NCBI GenBank assembly: GCA_000091165.1
Contig: FP565575.1
Coordinates: forward strand, 630,001-662,000
Direction: 5' to 3'
Origin: Candidatus Methylomirabilis oxygeniifera
Lineage (GTDB): Bacteria; Methylomirabilota; Methylomirabilia; Methylomirabilales; Methylomirabilaceae
Length of the DNA stretch: 32,000 nucleotides
The notes beneath the pieces were generated by a model. It ran no database searches. It was not told the DNA's origin and saw only the letters and a program-made list of their open reading frames with translations. This document shows, piece by piece, positions 15,565 through 22,986 of the stretch; the stretch's first letter is position 1, and each line of letters starts with the position of its first letter. Position numbers and translations under genes: made by a program.

Positions 15565-16476
15565 ATGGGTTTATTTGGGTCACTATTTGAGGGTGGTGGA
15601 AAGCATGGCGCAAAGCTCATCGCGGCGTCTCAATCCGGAGAGACCGATAAAGTCAAGAGCCTGTTGGCTGACGGCGCCGATGTCAATGCGAAGGATCGCG
15701 AGGGCTGGACGGCTCTGATGCATGCGTCCTGGCATGGACATGCCGAGGCGGCAGCGGCACTGCTCGATCGTGGCGCTGACGTGGGGACGACGGATAACAA
15801 TGGTGGGACCGCTCTGATACGCGCGTCCTGGCATGGGCATGTCGAGATTGCGGAGCGACTGATCGCGAAAGGCGCCGATGTCAACGTGAGCGACAAAGAC
15901 AGCTTTACGTCCCTCATGTATGCGTCCGAGAATGGGCACGTGAAGGTCGTAGAGCTGCTGCTCACGCACGGCGCCGCTATCGACGCCAGGGCCGGTAATG
16001 GCCGGACGGTTCTGATGATGGCGTCTGCGGAAGGATATACTGAGGTGGTAGACCTGCTGATCAGTAAGGGCGCCGACGTCAATGTCTGGGACAAGACCGG
16101 CTGGACGGTCCTGATGTATGCATCCGGGAAGGGGCATACCGGGATTGCAGAGCGGCTGCTCGCGAAAGGCGCCGATCCGAATGCGAAGGATAGTAATAGT
16201 GTCACAGCCCTGATGCGTGCGGCTGTGAATGGGCGTTTCGGGGTCGCAGAACTGCTGCTCAAACACGGCGCCGATCTGAATGCGAAGGATAGTAATAGCG
16301 TCACAGCCCTGATGTATGCGGCCGGGAAAGGACATGCGAAGGTTGTAGAGTTACTGCTCACGCAAGGCGCGGACGTGAACGTCAAGGCGAATGATGGCGG
16401 GACGGCCCTGGAGTATGCGCATTGGCATGGGTATGATGACGTTACGGAGCTGCTTGAGAAACACGGGGCGCACTGA
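15565..16476 (+). CDS. Ankyrin-repeat protein, paralog 4 (303 aa)
   Basis: N-terminus MGLFGSLFEGGGKHGAKLIAASQSGETDKVKSLLADGADV, followed by ANK modules. SD AAAGGAGGG lies upstream. Confidence 0.9.
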   Translation: MGLFGSLFEGGGKHGAKLIAASQSGETDKVKSLLADGADVNAKDREGWTALMHASWHGHAEAAAALLDRGADVGTTDNNGGTALIRASWHGHVEIAERLIAKGADVNVSDKDSFTSLMYASENGHVKVVELLLTHGAAIDARAGNGRTVLMMASAEGYTEVVDLLISKGADVNVWDKTGWTVLMYASGKGHTGIAERLLAKGADPNAKDSNSVTALMRAAVNGRFGVAELLLKHGADLNAKDSNSVTALMYAAGKGHAKVVELLLTQGADVNVKANDGGTALEYAHWHGYDDVTELLEKHGAH

Positions 16477-16483
16477 GTGGGAG

Positions 16484-16575
16484 TAAGGCTGAAGGGATTT
16501 AGGCTGAAGGAGGATAGGCTTCAAGGCGCTATTCCTAAAAGCCTAACAGCCTACAGCCTTAACACCTGAGTAGTT
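16484..16575. repeat. REP-like palindromic spacer between paralogs 4 and 5
   Basis: Tandem G-arms TAAGGCTGAAGGGATT, TAGGCTGAAGGAGGAT and AGGCTTCAAGG occupy 16484-16526. A degenerate C-arm GCCTAACAGCCTACAGCCTTAACACCTGAGTAG follows. Confidence 0.6.
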
Positions 16576-16590
16576 GCGAAAGGAGGCACT

Positions 16591-17502
16591 ATGGGTTTCC
16601 TTAGCTCATTATTTGGGGATAGTGGGAAGCCTGTCGATAGGCTCATCGAGGCGTCGAAGTCCGGAGACATCGAAAAAGTCAAGCGCCTGCTGGCCGAAGG
16701 CGCCGATGTGAACGAGAGAGATGCGGATGGCTGGACGGCCCTGACACATGCGTCCTGGCATGGCCATGCCCCGGTTGTCGAGCTGCTGCTGAATAAAGGC
16801 GCCGATGTGCATGTGAGAGACAATAAAGGCTTTTTGGTTTTGATTCATGCGTCTTGGAGGGGGCATGTGGAGGTTGTCGAGCTGCTGCTGAATAAAGGCG
16901 CCGATGTGCATGTGAGGAATGAAGACGGCGGGATAGCCCTGATGCGTGCGTCCGAGAAAGGGCATACCCCGGTGGTCGAGTTACTGTTGAATAAAGGCGC
17001 CGATGTCAACATGAGGGATCAGAATGGTTGGACTTCCCTGATGCGAGCGTCCTGGTATGGGCATGCCCCGGTGGTCGAGCTACTGTTGAATAAAGGCGCC
17101 GATGTCAACGTGAGAGATCAGAATAGCGGAACGCCCCTGATGCATGCGTCCAAACATGGATATGCCCCAGTAGTCGAGCTGCTCCTGACTCAAAGCGCTG
17201 ATGTGAATGCCAAGGCGGGTAGTGGCGTGACCGCCCTGATGTATGCATCTGAGTATGGATATGCCGGGATTGTCGAGCTGCTCCTGGCTCAAAGCGCTGA
17301 TGTGAATGCCAAGGCGGATAATGGCGCGACCGCCCTGATGCTGGCGTCTGGGAACGGGCATACCGGGTGTGTGGAGCGGCTCCTGACTCAAGGCGCTGAT
17401 GTGAAGGCGAAGGATTATAATCGTCGGACGGCCCTGATGTATGCCACGTCTAACGGGCATACTCAGGTAGCTGAGCTGTTGCAGAAGCACGATACACACT
17501 GA
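16591..17502 (+). CDS. Ankyrin-repeat protein, paralog 5 (303 aa)
   Basis: N-terminus MGFLSSLFGDSGKPVDRLIEASKSGDIEKVKRLLAEGADV, followed by ANK modules. SD AAAGGAGG lies upstream. Confidence 0.9.
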   Translation: MGFLSSLFGDSGKPVDRLIEASKSGDIEKVKRLLAEGADVNERDADGWTALTHASWHGHAPVVELLLNKGADVHVRDNKGFLVLIHASWRGHVEVVELLLNKGADVHVRNEDGGIALMRASEKGHTPVVELLLNKGADVNMRDQNGWTSLMRASWYGHAPVVELLLNKGADVNVRDQNSGTPLMHASKHGYAPVVELLLTQSADVNAKAGSGVTALMYASEYGYAGIVELLLAQSADVNAKADNGATALMLASGNGHTGCVERLLTQGADVKAKDYNRRTALMYATSNGHTQVAELLQKHDTH

Positions 17503-17508
17503 GTCGGA

Positions 17509-17592
17509 GTATAGGCTGAGGACTGTTAGCCTTCTAGGGGTCGCACCTTGAAGTCTATCCTCCTTCAGCCTAAATCCCTTCAGCCTATTTAC
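17509..17592. repeat. REP-like palindromic spacer between paralogs 5 and 6
   Basis: 17546-17588 is the reverse complement of 16484-16526 (40/43 identical by my alignment). CCTTCAGCCTATTTACCTT is also present at 14427-14445. Confidence 0.65.
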
Positions 17593-17608
17593 CTTGAAAG
17601 GAGGCACT

Positions 17609-18427
17609 ATGGGTCTTTTCGGACAATTATTTGGCGGGGGAGGTGACAAGCCTGCCGGCAACCTTATCGATGCAGCTAAATATGGAGAGGTAGAAAAAGT
17701 TAAGAGCCTGTTAGCTGAAGGCGCCGACGTGAACGCGAAGGATCTGGATGGGTGGACGGCCCTGATGCGCGCGGCCTGGCGTGGAGATATCGGGATTGCA
17801 GAGCTGCTGCTCAACAAGAGCGCCGACGTGAACGCGGGTGATAAACAGAACTGGACAGCCCTGATGCATGCGTCCGAGAATGGGCATCCGGAGATTGCAA
17901 AGCTGTTGCTCAGTAAGAACGCCGATGTGAATGTCAGGGCGACCAATGGCGCAACGACCCTGATCATCGCGTCTGCCAACGGGCATACCGAGATCGTCAA
18001 ACTTCTGCTCGAGAAGGGGCCCGAAGTGAACGTGCAGGCGAATGATGGCGGGACGGCTCTGATGCGTTCGGCTGCGAACGGGCATACCGAGATCGTCACC
18101 CTGCTGCTCGATAAAGGTGCGGATGTCAACATCAGGGATCGAAAAGGCGAAACGCCGCTGATGCGTACGTCTGCGGAAGGGCAGTTGGGGCTCGTCACGA
18201 TGCTGCTGGAGAAGGGGGCTGATGTGAACGCGCAGGCGATTAAAGGCGAGACCGCCCTGATGTATGCGGCGTGGTATGGGCGTATGGGGGTTGTCAAGCT
18301 GCTACTCAGTCACGGCGCTGATGTGTATCTTAAGGATAGCAACAAAGGTGAGAACGCCAGAGGATATGCGTACGGGAACGGACATGAGGACATCGCCCTG
18401 CTGCTGGAGAAGCACGCGGCGCAGTGA
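17609..18427 (+). CDS. Ankyrin-repeat protein, paralog 6 (272 aa, about 8 modules)
   Basis: Start moved to ATG 17609 (AAAGGAGG SD), giving MGLFGQLFGGGGDKPAGNLIDAAKYGEVEKVKSLLAEGADV. ANK modules run throughout. Confidence 0.9.
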   Translation: MGLFGQLFGGGGDKPAGNLIDAAKYGEVEKVKSLLAEGADVNAKDLDGWTALMRAAWRGDIGIAELLLNKSADVNAGDKQNWTALMHASENGHPEIAKLLLSKNADVNVRATNGATTLIIASANGHTEIVKLLLEKGPEVNVQANDGGTALMRSAANGHTEIVTLLLDKGADVNIRDRKGETPLMRTSAEGQLGLVTMLLEKGADVNAQAIKGETALMYAAWYGRMGVVKLLLSHGADVYLKDSNKGENARGYAYGNGHEDIALLLEKHAAQ

Positions 18428-18857
18428 GACGACGCTGCAGAATGTCACATATAGCCCCCTCTATCGAGAGCCTGTTCCGGACTCAACCTGGGGGGTGAGC
18501 GTGGGTTTTCCCTTGAACTCAGCGTAATCTCTCTGATAAGTGTGTCAGCCATTTCTGCCACCATCTCCCGCTTGATGCCCTCTTCGGTTCTGGCGTCGTG
18601 AAATACCAGAGAGGGCCGAGCCGGGTGCGACGCACGCGGTCATGTCGCGCATCGCGCTCAAGGGGTTCCCGGAAAGACCGGGCAGGAGGAAACCGTGGTT
18701 GCACCTGGGCTGGATACGTTCCGGGTGGCCCGCTTCAAAGTCGCGCCTGAAGCGAGGGGCCGGCTCCGCCTTCTCGATCACACGGGTTCCGTCCTCTGCC
18801 TCTCGCACATCGGCCCGCGCGGTGACGGCGCGCGCCGGACGCGCCGGAGTGCGGGAC

Positions 18858-20855
18858 ATGTCTGAGGATCTTAGCCCGAAGTATCAGATCACCACCCCGG
18901 ACGATGCCTACTGGCGCCAACAGATCAAGTGCCAGGACGCCTGCCCCGTACACACGGATGCCCGCGGCTACGTGAACGCGATCGCCGACGGCGATCCCGA
19001 GCGCGCGTACATCATTGCCCGCGAGCCGAATCCTTTCGCCTCGATTTGCGGCCGGGTGTGCGCCGCGCCCTGCGAAGCCGCCTGCCGCCGGGGCGATCTT
19101 GACGCGCCTATCGCCATCCGCGCCCTTAAGCGCTTCGTGACCGAGCGCTACGGCGTGGAGGCCCCGCTGCGGGCCGACCGGGCCCGCCCGTCGATCGAGG
19201 CGACGGGTCTCCACCTGGTGGAGGCAAGCCCGATCGTCCGGGAGATCCGAAACGTCGAGGACGCCACCGCCCTGCGGCGGGTCGGCCTGGCCGAGCACGC
19301 GGGGACGGGCAAGCGCGTGGCCGTGGTCGGCTCCGGCGTGGCGGGCCTGACCTGCGCGCACGACCTGGCCCTGCTCGGGTATCGGGTGACGGTCTTCGAG
19401 AAGCAGACGGTCCCTGGCGGGATGCTCATGCTCGGCGTCCCCGAGTACCGCCTCCCCCGGGACCTGGTGCGGGCAGAGATCCAGGCCATCCTCGACCTGG
19501 GCGTGGAGCTGAAGACGAACGCAGCCATCGGGCGGGACTTCGCGCTGGCCGACCTGCGGGCCCAGGGCTTTGAGGCAACGTTCCTGGCCATCGGGTGTCA
19601 CAAGGCGCGTGGGCTCCCGATCGAGGGAACCGAACTGGACGGCGTCTTCCGGGCGGTGGAGTTCCTCCTCAATATCAACCTCGGCTTCAAGGTCGACCTG
19701 GGCCGGCGCGTGATCGTGGTGGGCGGCGGGGACGTGGCGATGGACGCGGCCCGCACTGCCGCCCGCGAGATGGCCGGGGTGGATCCCGTCGCGGCCATGC
19801 GCGAGGCCATGGACGTCGCCCGCGAGGCAGTCCGCGCGGGCGCCCGCGAGGTGCGGGTCGTCTGTCTCGAGTCCTGGGACGAGATGCCGGCCCAGCGCTT
19901 CGAGATCGAGGAGGCCCTGGCGGAGGGGCTCGCTATCTTCCCGCGCCTCGGACCGAAGCGCATTGTGGGTCAGGAGGGCAGGGCGGTCGGCCTGGAGACG
20001 ATCCGCGTGAGCCGCGTCTTCGACGAGCAGCGACGCTTCAGCCCCCGGTTCGTGGAAGGGACGGAGCAGGTGATGGCCGCCGACTCGATCATCCTGGCTA
20101 TCGGGCAGGCGCCGGACCTGGCGTTCCTCGGTCCAGAGGATGGCGTTGCGATCACCCCCCGCCAGACGATCCAGGTAGACTCGGCCACGCTGGCTACCAC
20201 CGCGCCCGGGGTGTACGCCGGCGGCGATGTGGCGTTCGGCCCGCGCATTTTCATCGAGGGTGTCGCCAACGGGCACCGCGCAGCCCGCTCCATCCACGAA
20301 TATCTGAGCGACCGGCGCTTTGCCCTCTCGACCAGGGCGGAGTGGGTCCGCCTCGATCACGACCGCCAGGTCCTGCAGGGAGAGGCCGGAACCGAGCCGG
20401 CCTTGCCGCGCGTGTATCCCGGCTATCGGGCGACGCCGCGCCGCGAGCCGCCTGGACTGCCCATCGACCGGCGCATCGGAATCGCCGAAGTGGAACTGAA
20501 GTACCCGGACACCCAGGCCCAGGCCCAGGCCCAGCGCTGCGTCCGGTGCGGGATCCACACGATCTTCGACGGCACAACGTGTATCCTGTGCGGCGGGTGC
20601 GTGGATGTCTGCCCCGAGTACTGCCTGCGTATGGTTCCCATCGACCAACTCGCCGGCGACGATGCCGTGACGTCCCTCGTTGAATCGCTCACCGGTTCCC
20701 CGCAATCCGCAACCCCCGTCGCGGCCTCAGCCGCCACCGCGATGCTCATGGATGCGACCCGCTGTATCCGCTGCGCCCTGTGCGCGATGCGGTGTCCCAC
20801 GGGCGCCATCAGCATGGAGGCGTTTCGCTATGTCGAAACCTGGGTCCTCGCCTGA
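18858..20855 (+). CDS. GltD-like (glutamate synthase small-subunit family) NAD(P)H:acceptor oxidoreductase with C-terminal 2x[4Fe-4S] ferredoxin domain
   Basis: Start taken at ATG 18858 (MSEDLSPKYQ...); the track's upstream extension looks like noncoding read-through. An N-terminal Cys cluster (CQDACPVHTD...ICGRVCAAPCEAACRRG) is followed by a dinucleotide fold VAVVGSGVAGLTCAHDLALLGYRVTVFEKQTVPGGMLMLGVPEYRLPR and a second fold VIVVGGGDVAMDAART. The C-terminus carries CVRCG...CILCGGCVDVCP and CIRCALCAMRCP. Confidence 0.85.
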   Translation: MSEDLSPKYQITTPDDAYWRQQIKCQDACPVHTDARGYVNAIADGDPERAYIIAREPNPFASICGRVCAAPCEAACRRGDLDAPIAIRALKRFVTERYGVEAPLRADRARPSIEATGLHLVEASPIVREIRNVEDATALRRVGLAEHAGTGKRVAVVGSGVAGLTCAHDLALLGYRVTVFEKQTVPGGMLMLGVPEYRLPRDLVRAEIQAILDLGVELKTNAAIGRDFALADLRAQGFEATFLAIGCHKARGLPIEGTELDGVFRAVEFLLNINLGFKVDLGRRVIVVGGGDVAMDAARTAAREMAGVDPVAAMREAMDVAREAVRAGAREVRVVCLESWDEMPAQRFEIEEALAEGLAIFPRLGPKRIVGQEGRAVGLETIRVSRVFDEQRRFSPRFVEGTEQVMAADSIILAIGQAPDLAFLGPEDGVAITPRQTIQVDSATLATTAPGVYAGGDVAFGPRIFIEGVANGHRAARSIHEYLSDRRFALSTRAEWVRLDHDRQVLQGEAGTEPALPRVYPGYRATPRREPPGLPIDRRIGIAEVELKYPDTQAQAQAQRCVRCGIHTIFDGTTCILCGGCVDVCPEYCLRMVPIDQLAGDDAVTSLVESLTGSPQSATPVAASAATAMLMDATRCIRCALCAMRCPTGAISMEAFRYVETWVLA

Positions 20856-21348
20856 GTCGATCGACAACAGTCCGGACAAGGGACGGATCTCGCGCCGCGT
20901 CCTGCTGGGGACAGGCTGGTGCGGGTTCCTGCTCTCCATCGTGGGCCCCGCCCTGGCCAACATCCGCTTCCTCTTCCCCAACGTCGTGTACGAGGGCCCC
21001 ACACTGCTCAAGGTAGGACGCCCGGAGGACTACGCGTCGGGAACGATCACGTTCCTGGATGAGCAACGGCTCTTCATCATGCGGGACCCCGAGGGGCTCC
21101 GGGCGCTGTCGGCCATCTGCACGCACCTGCGGTGCACCACCGGACCCTTTGTGCCGCCGACCGCCGAGTGGAAGGAGGCCCACTCGCGCTGCCCGTGCCA
21201 TGGCAGCATCTTTGCTAAGGACGGCCGGGTCCTCCAGGGACCGGCCCCACGGCCCCTCGATTTCTATCGGGTCAGCCTCGCCCCGGATGGCCGCCTCGTG
21301 GTCGACACGGCTGCCGTCGTAGACAAGGGGGATGTCCTGAAGGTGTAG
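20830..21348 (+). CDS. Rieske [2Fe-2S] protein with twin-arginine-like signal anchor
   Basis: Start at ATG 20830 (MSKPGSS...) overlaps the upstream stop by 26 nt. SRRVLLGTG is followed by a hydrophobic segment. Rieske boxes CTHLRC and CPCHGS are present. Confidence 0.9.
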   Translation: MSKPGSSPESIDNSPDKGRISRRVLLGTGWCGFLLSIVGPALANIRFLFPNVVYEGPTLLKVGRPEDYASGTITFLDEQRLFIMRDPEGLRALSAICTHLRCTTGPFVPPTAEWKEAHSRCPCHGSIFAKDGRVLQGPAPRPLDFYRVSLAPDGRLVVDTAAVVDKGDVLKV

Positions 21349-21437
21349 GCAAGAGGCCGAAGGCAAGTGCGAGGCCATCATCGCTTCGGCTGATCGCCGT
21401 CGGGAGACGGCTCCTGCCCGGACCACTGGAAGCCCAG

Positions 21438-22934
21438 GTGTGCTTGGGAGCCATGATGACAGACGGACGGACGAGCGGGATCATCAATCGCGTGACTGCG
21501 AGCCGGCTGTGGAAGTCGGTCTTTCGGCACGGCTATCCGGCCACGGATCTGGACCGGATGTCCGCCATGTTTACCAACTTCTTCCTCCACCTCCTCCCGG
21601 CCAAGGTCCATCCGAACAGCCTGCGCCTTACCTACACCTGGGCCCTGGGGATGGTCACCTTCTACCTCATGGTCATCCAGTTCGTGACCGGCTTCCTCCT
21701 GATGTTCTTTTACATCCCGGTCACGGACCTGGCCTACCACAACATGAAGGATCTCCAGTTCGCCGTCTCCTTCGGCCTCCTCCTCCGCAACATGCACCGC
21801 TGGGCGGCCCACGGAATGGTGGCGCTGGTGTTCCTCCACATGGGCCGCGTCTTCTACACAGCCTCGTATCGCCCGCCCCGCGAGTTCAACTGGACCATGG
21901 GCGTTCTCCTCTGGCTGGTGACGCTGTTCCTCAGTTTCACGGGGTACCTCCTCCCGTGGGATCAGCTTGCCTTCTGGGCCATCACGGTGGGTACGAGCAT
22001 TGCCGGCTACCCGCCCTGGATCGGGGAGACCATCCGGACGCTGATGCTCGGCGGCCATCAGGTCGGGCAGGGCGCCCTGCTGCGCTTCTACGTGCTCCAC
22101 GTTGCGATCCTTCCCGCGATGCTCTGCCTCCTGGTGGCGATCCACTTCTGGCGGGTGCGGAAAGACGGCGGCCTCTCTCGGCCGGAGGGCCCGTCGCCCA
22201 AGCGCACCGCCATCCCGGTCGCCGGGGGGCGGTTCGTTCCCGGGCCGCAGAAGACCTATACCCTGATGGAGGTTGTGCGCGGAACCTCGCCGATGGTGGG
22301 GGCGCAGAGGCCGGAGGACGAGGTTCCCGCCTGGCCCCACCTCCTCTTCCGGTTGGTCGTCCTCTTCCAGGTCGTGCTGGGTGTTGTCGTCCTCCTGGCC
22401 ATCGTGTTTGACGCCCCCCTGGAAGAGCTGGCCAACCCCACGCACCCGCCGAACCCGGCCAAGGCGCCCTGGTACTTCCTGGGCCTGCAGGAGTTGGTGA
22501 GCTACTCGGCCCTGGTGGGGGGCGTGGTGATCCCCGGCCTCCTGGTCCTGGGTCTGATGGGTATCCCGTACATCGATCGCACGCGGGAGGGGGAGGGGAT
22601 ATGGTTCACGTCGGCCCTGGGGAAGCGGATCGCGGCATGGTCATTCGTGGGGACGATCCCGTACACCATGGGCCTCCTATTCCTGAACGCTCGCTTCGGC
22701 GTGCGGCAATTCGCCCCCGAGGCCCCGCAGGGGGTCGTGGACCTGCTCAACCCGGCCACGCTGCTCCTGGCTGCCATCGTTGCCTTCTCGGTCATCGTCG
22801 GCTGGCGCACCGGCTCGCGCCGGATGGCGGCCATCGCCCTCTTCTCGGCCTTTGTCTCGGCCTACGTGCTCCTGATGATCATCGGGACGTACTTTCGCGG
22901 TCCCAACTGGGACTGGGCGCTGCCATGGCGTTGA
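21438..22934 (+). CDS. Cytochrome b (long, fused b6 plus subunit-IV-like form)
   Basis: Up to 498 aa. Heme-ligand His pairs occur in [20 protein letters not shown] and [37 protein letters not shown] and the PEWY-equivalent region [16 protein letters not shown] are present. The start is ambiguous between GTG 21438 and ATG 21453/21456. Confidence 0.9.
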   Translation: MCLGAMMTDGRTSGIINRVTASRLWKSVFRHGYPATDLDRMSAMFTNFFLHLLPAKVHPNSLRLTYTWALGMVTFYLMVIQFVTGFLLMFFYIPVTDLAYHNMKDLQFAVSFGLLLRNMHRWAAHGMVALVFLHMGRVFYTASYRPPREFNWTMGVLLWLVTLFLSFTGYLLPWDQLAFWAITVGTSIAGYPPWIGETIRTLMLGGHQVGQGALLRFYVLHVAILPAMLCLLVAIHFWRVRKDGGLSRPEGPSPKRTAIPVAGGRFVPGPQKTYTLMEVVRGTSPMVGAQRPEDEVPAWPHLLFRLVVLFQVVLGVVVLLAIVFDAPLEELANPTHPPNPAKAPWYFLGLQELVSYSALVGGVVIPGLLVLGLMGIPYIDRTREGEGIWFTSALGKRIAAWSFVGTIPYTMGLLFLNARFGVRQFAPEAPQGVVDLLNPATLLLAAIVAFSVIVGWRTGSRRMAAIALFSAFVSAYVLLMIIGTYFRGPNWDWALPWR

Positions 22935-22986
22935 AAGCCGGGATTGGGGGTTGGGCGTTGGGGGTTAGCGGGAAGAGAGGCAGGGG

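Noticed and set aside
17080-18297. 405-aa minus-strand ORF spanning ankyrin paralogs 5 and 6 and their spacer. Similar long antisense ORFs lie at 12599-13462, 13818-14417, 14524-15375, 15583-16335 and 15630-16385.
   Set aside because: These are antisense to clearly periodic ANK coding sequence that has strong SDs and conserved termini. Their translations are low-complexity (Ser/Ala/Pro/Arg-rich) with no motifs. The repetitive codon content simply lacks stops on the opposite strand.
20512-20534. Hexanucleotide repeat (CCCAGG, about 3.8 copies) encoding QAQAQAQ in the GltD-like gene, considered as a possible slipped-strand contingency locus.
   Set aside because: It is short, any change would stay in frame, and it lies in a linker before the ferredoxin domain. 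There is no evidence of phase-variable function.
18735-20705. 656-aa minus-strand ORF and a 362-aa out-of-frame plus ORF (19595-20683) over the GltD-like gene.
   Set aside because: Their translations are Arg/Gly/Pro/Ala-rich, typical of high-GC off-frame artefacts. The chosen frame contains unambiguous dinucleotide-binding and Fe-S motifs.
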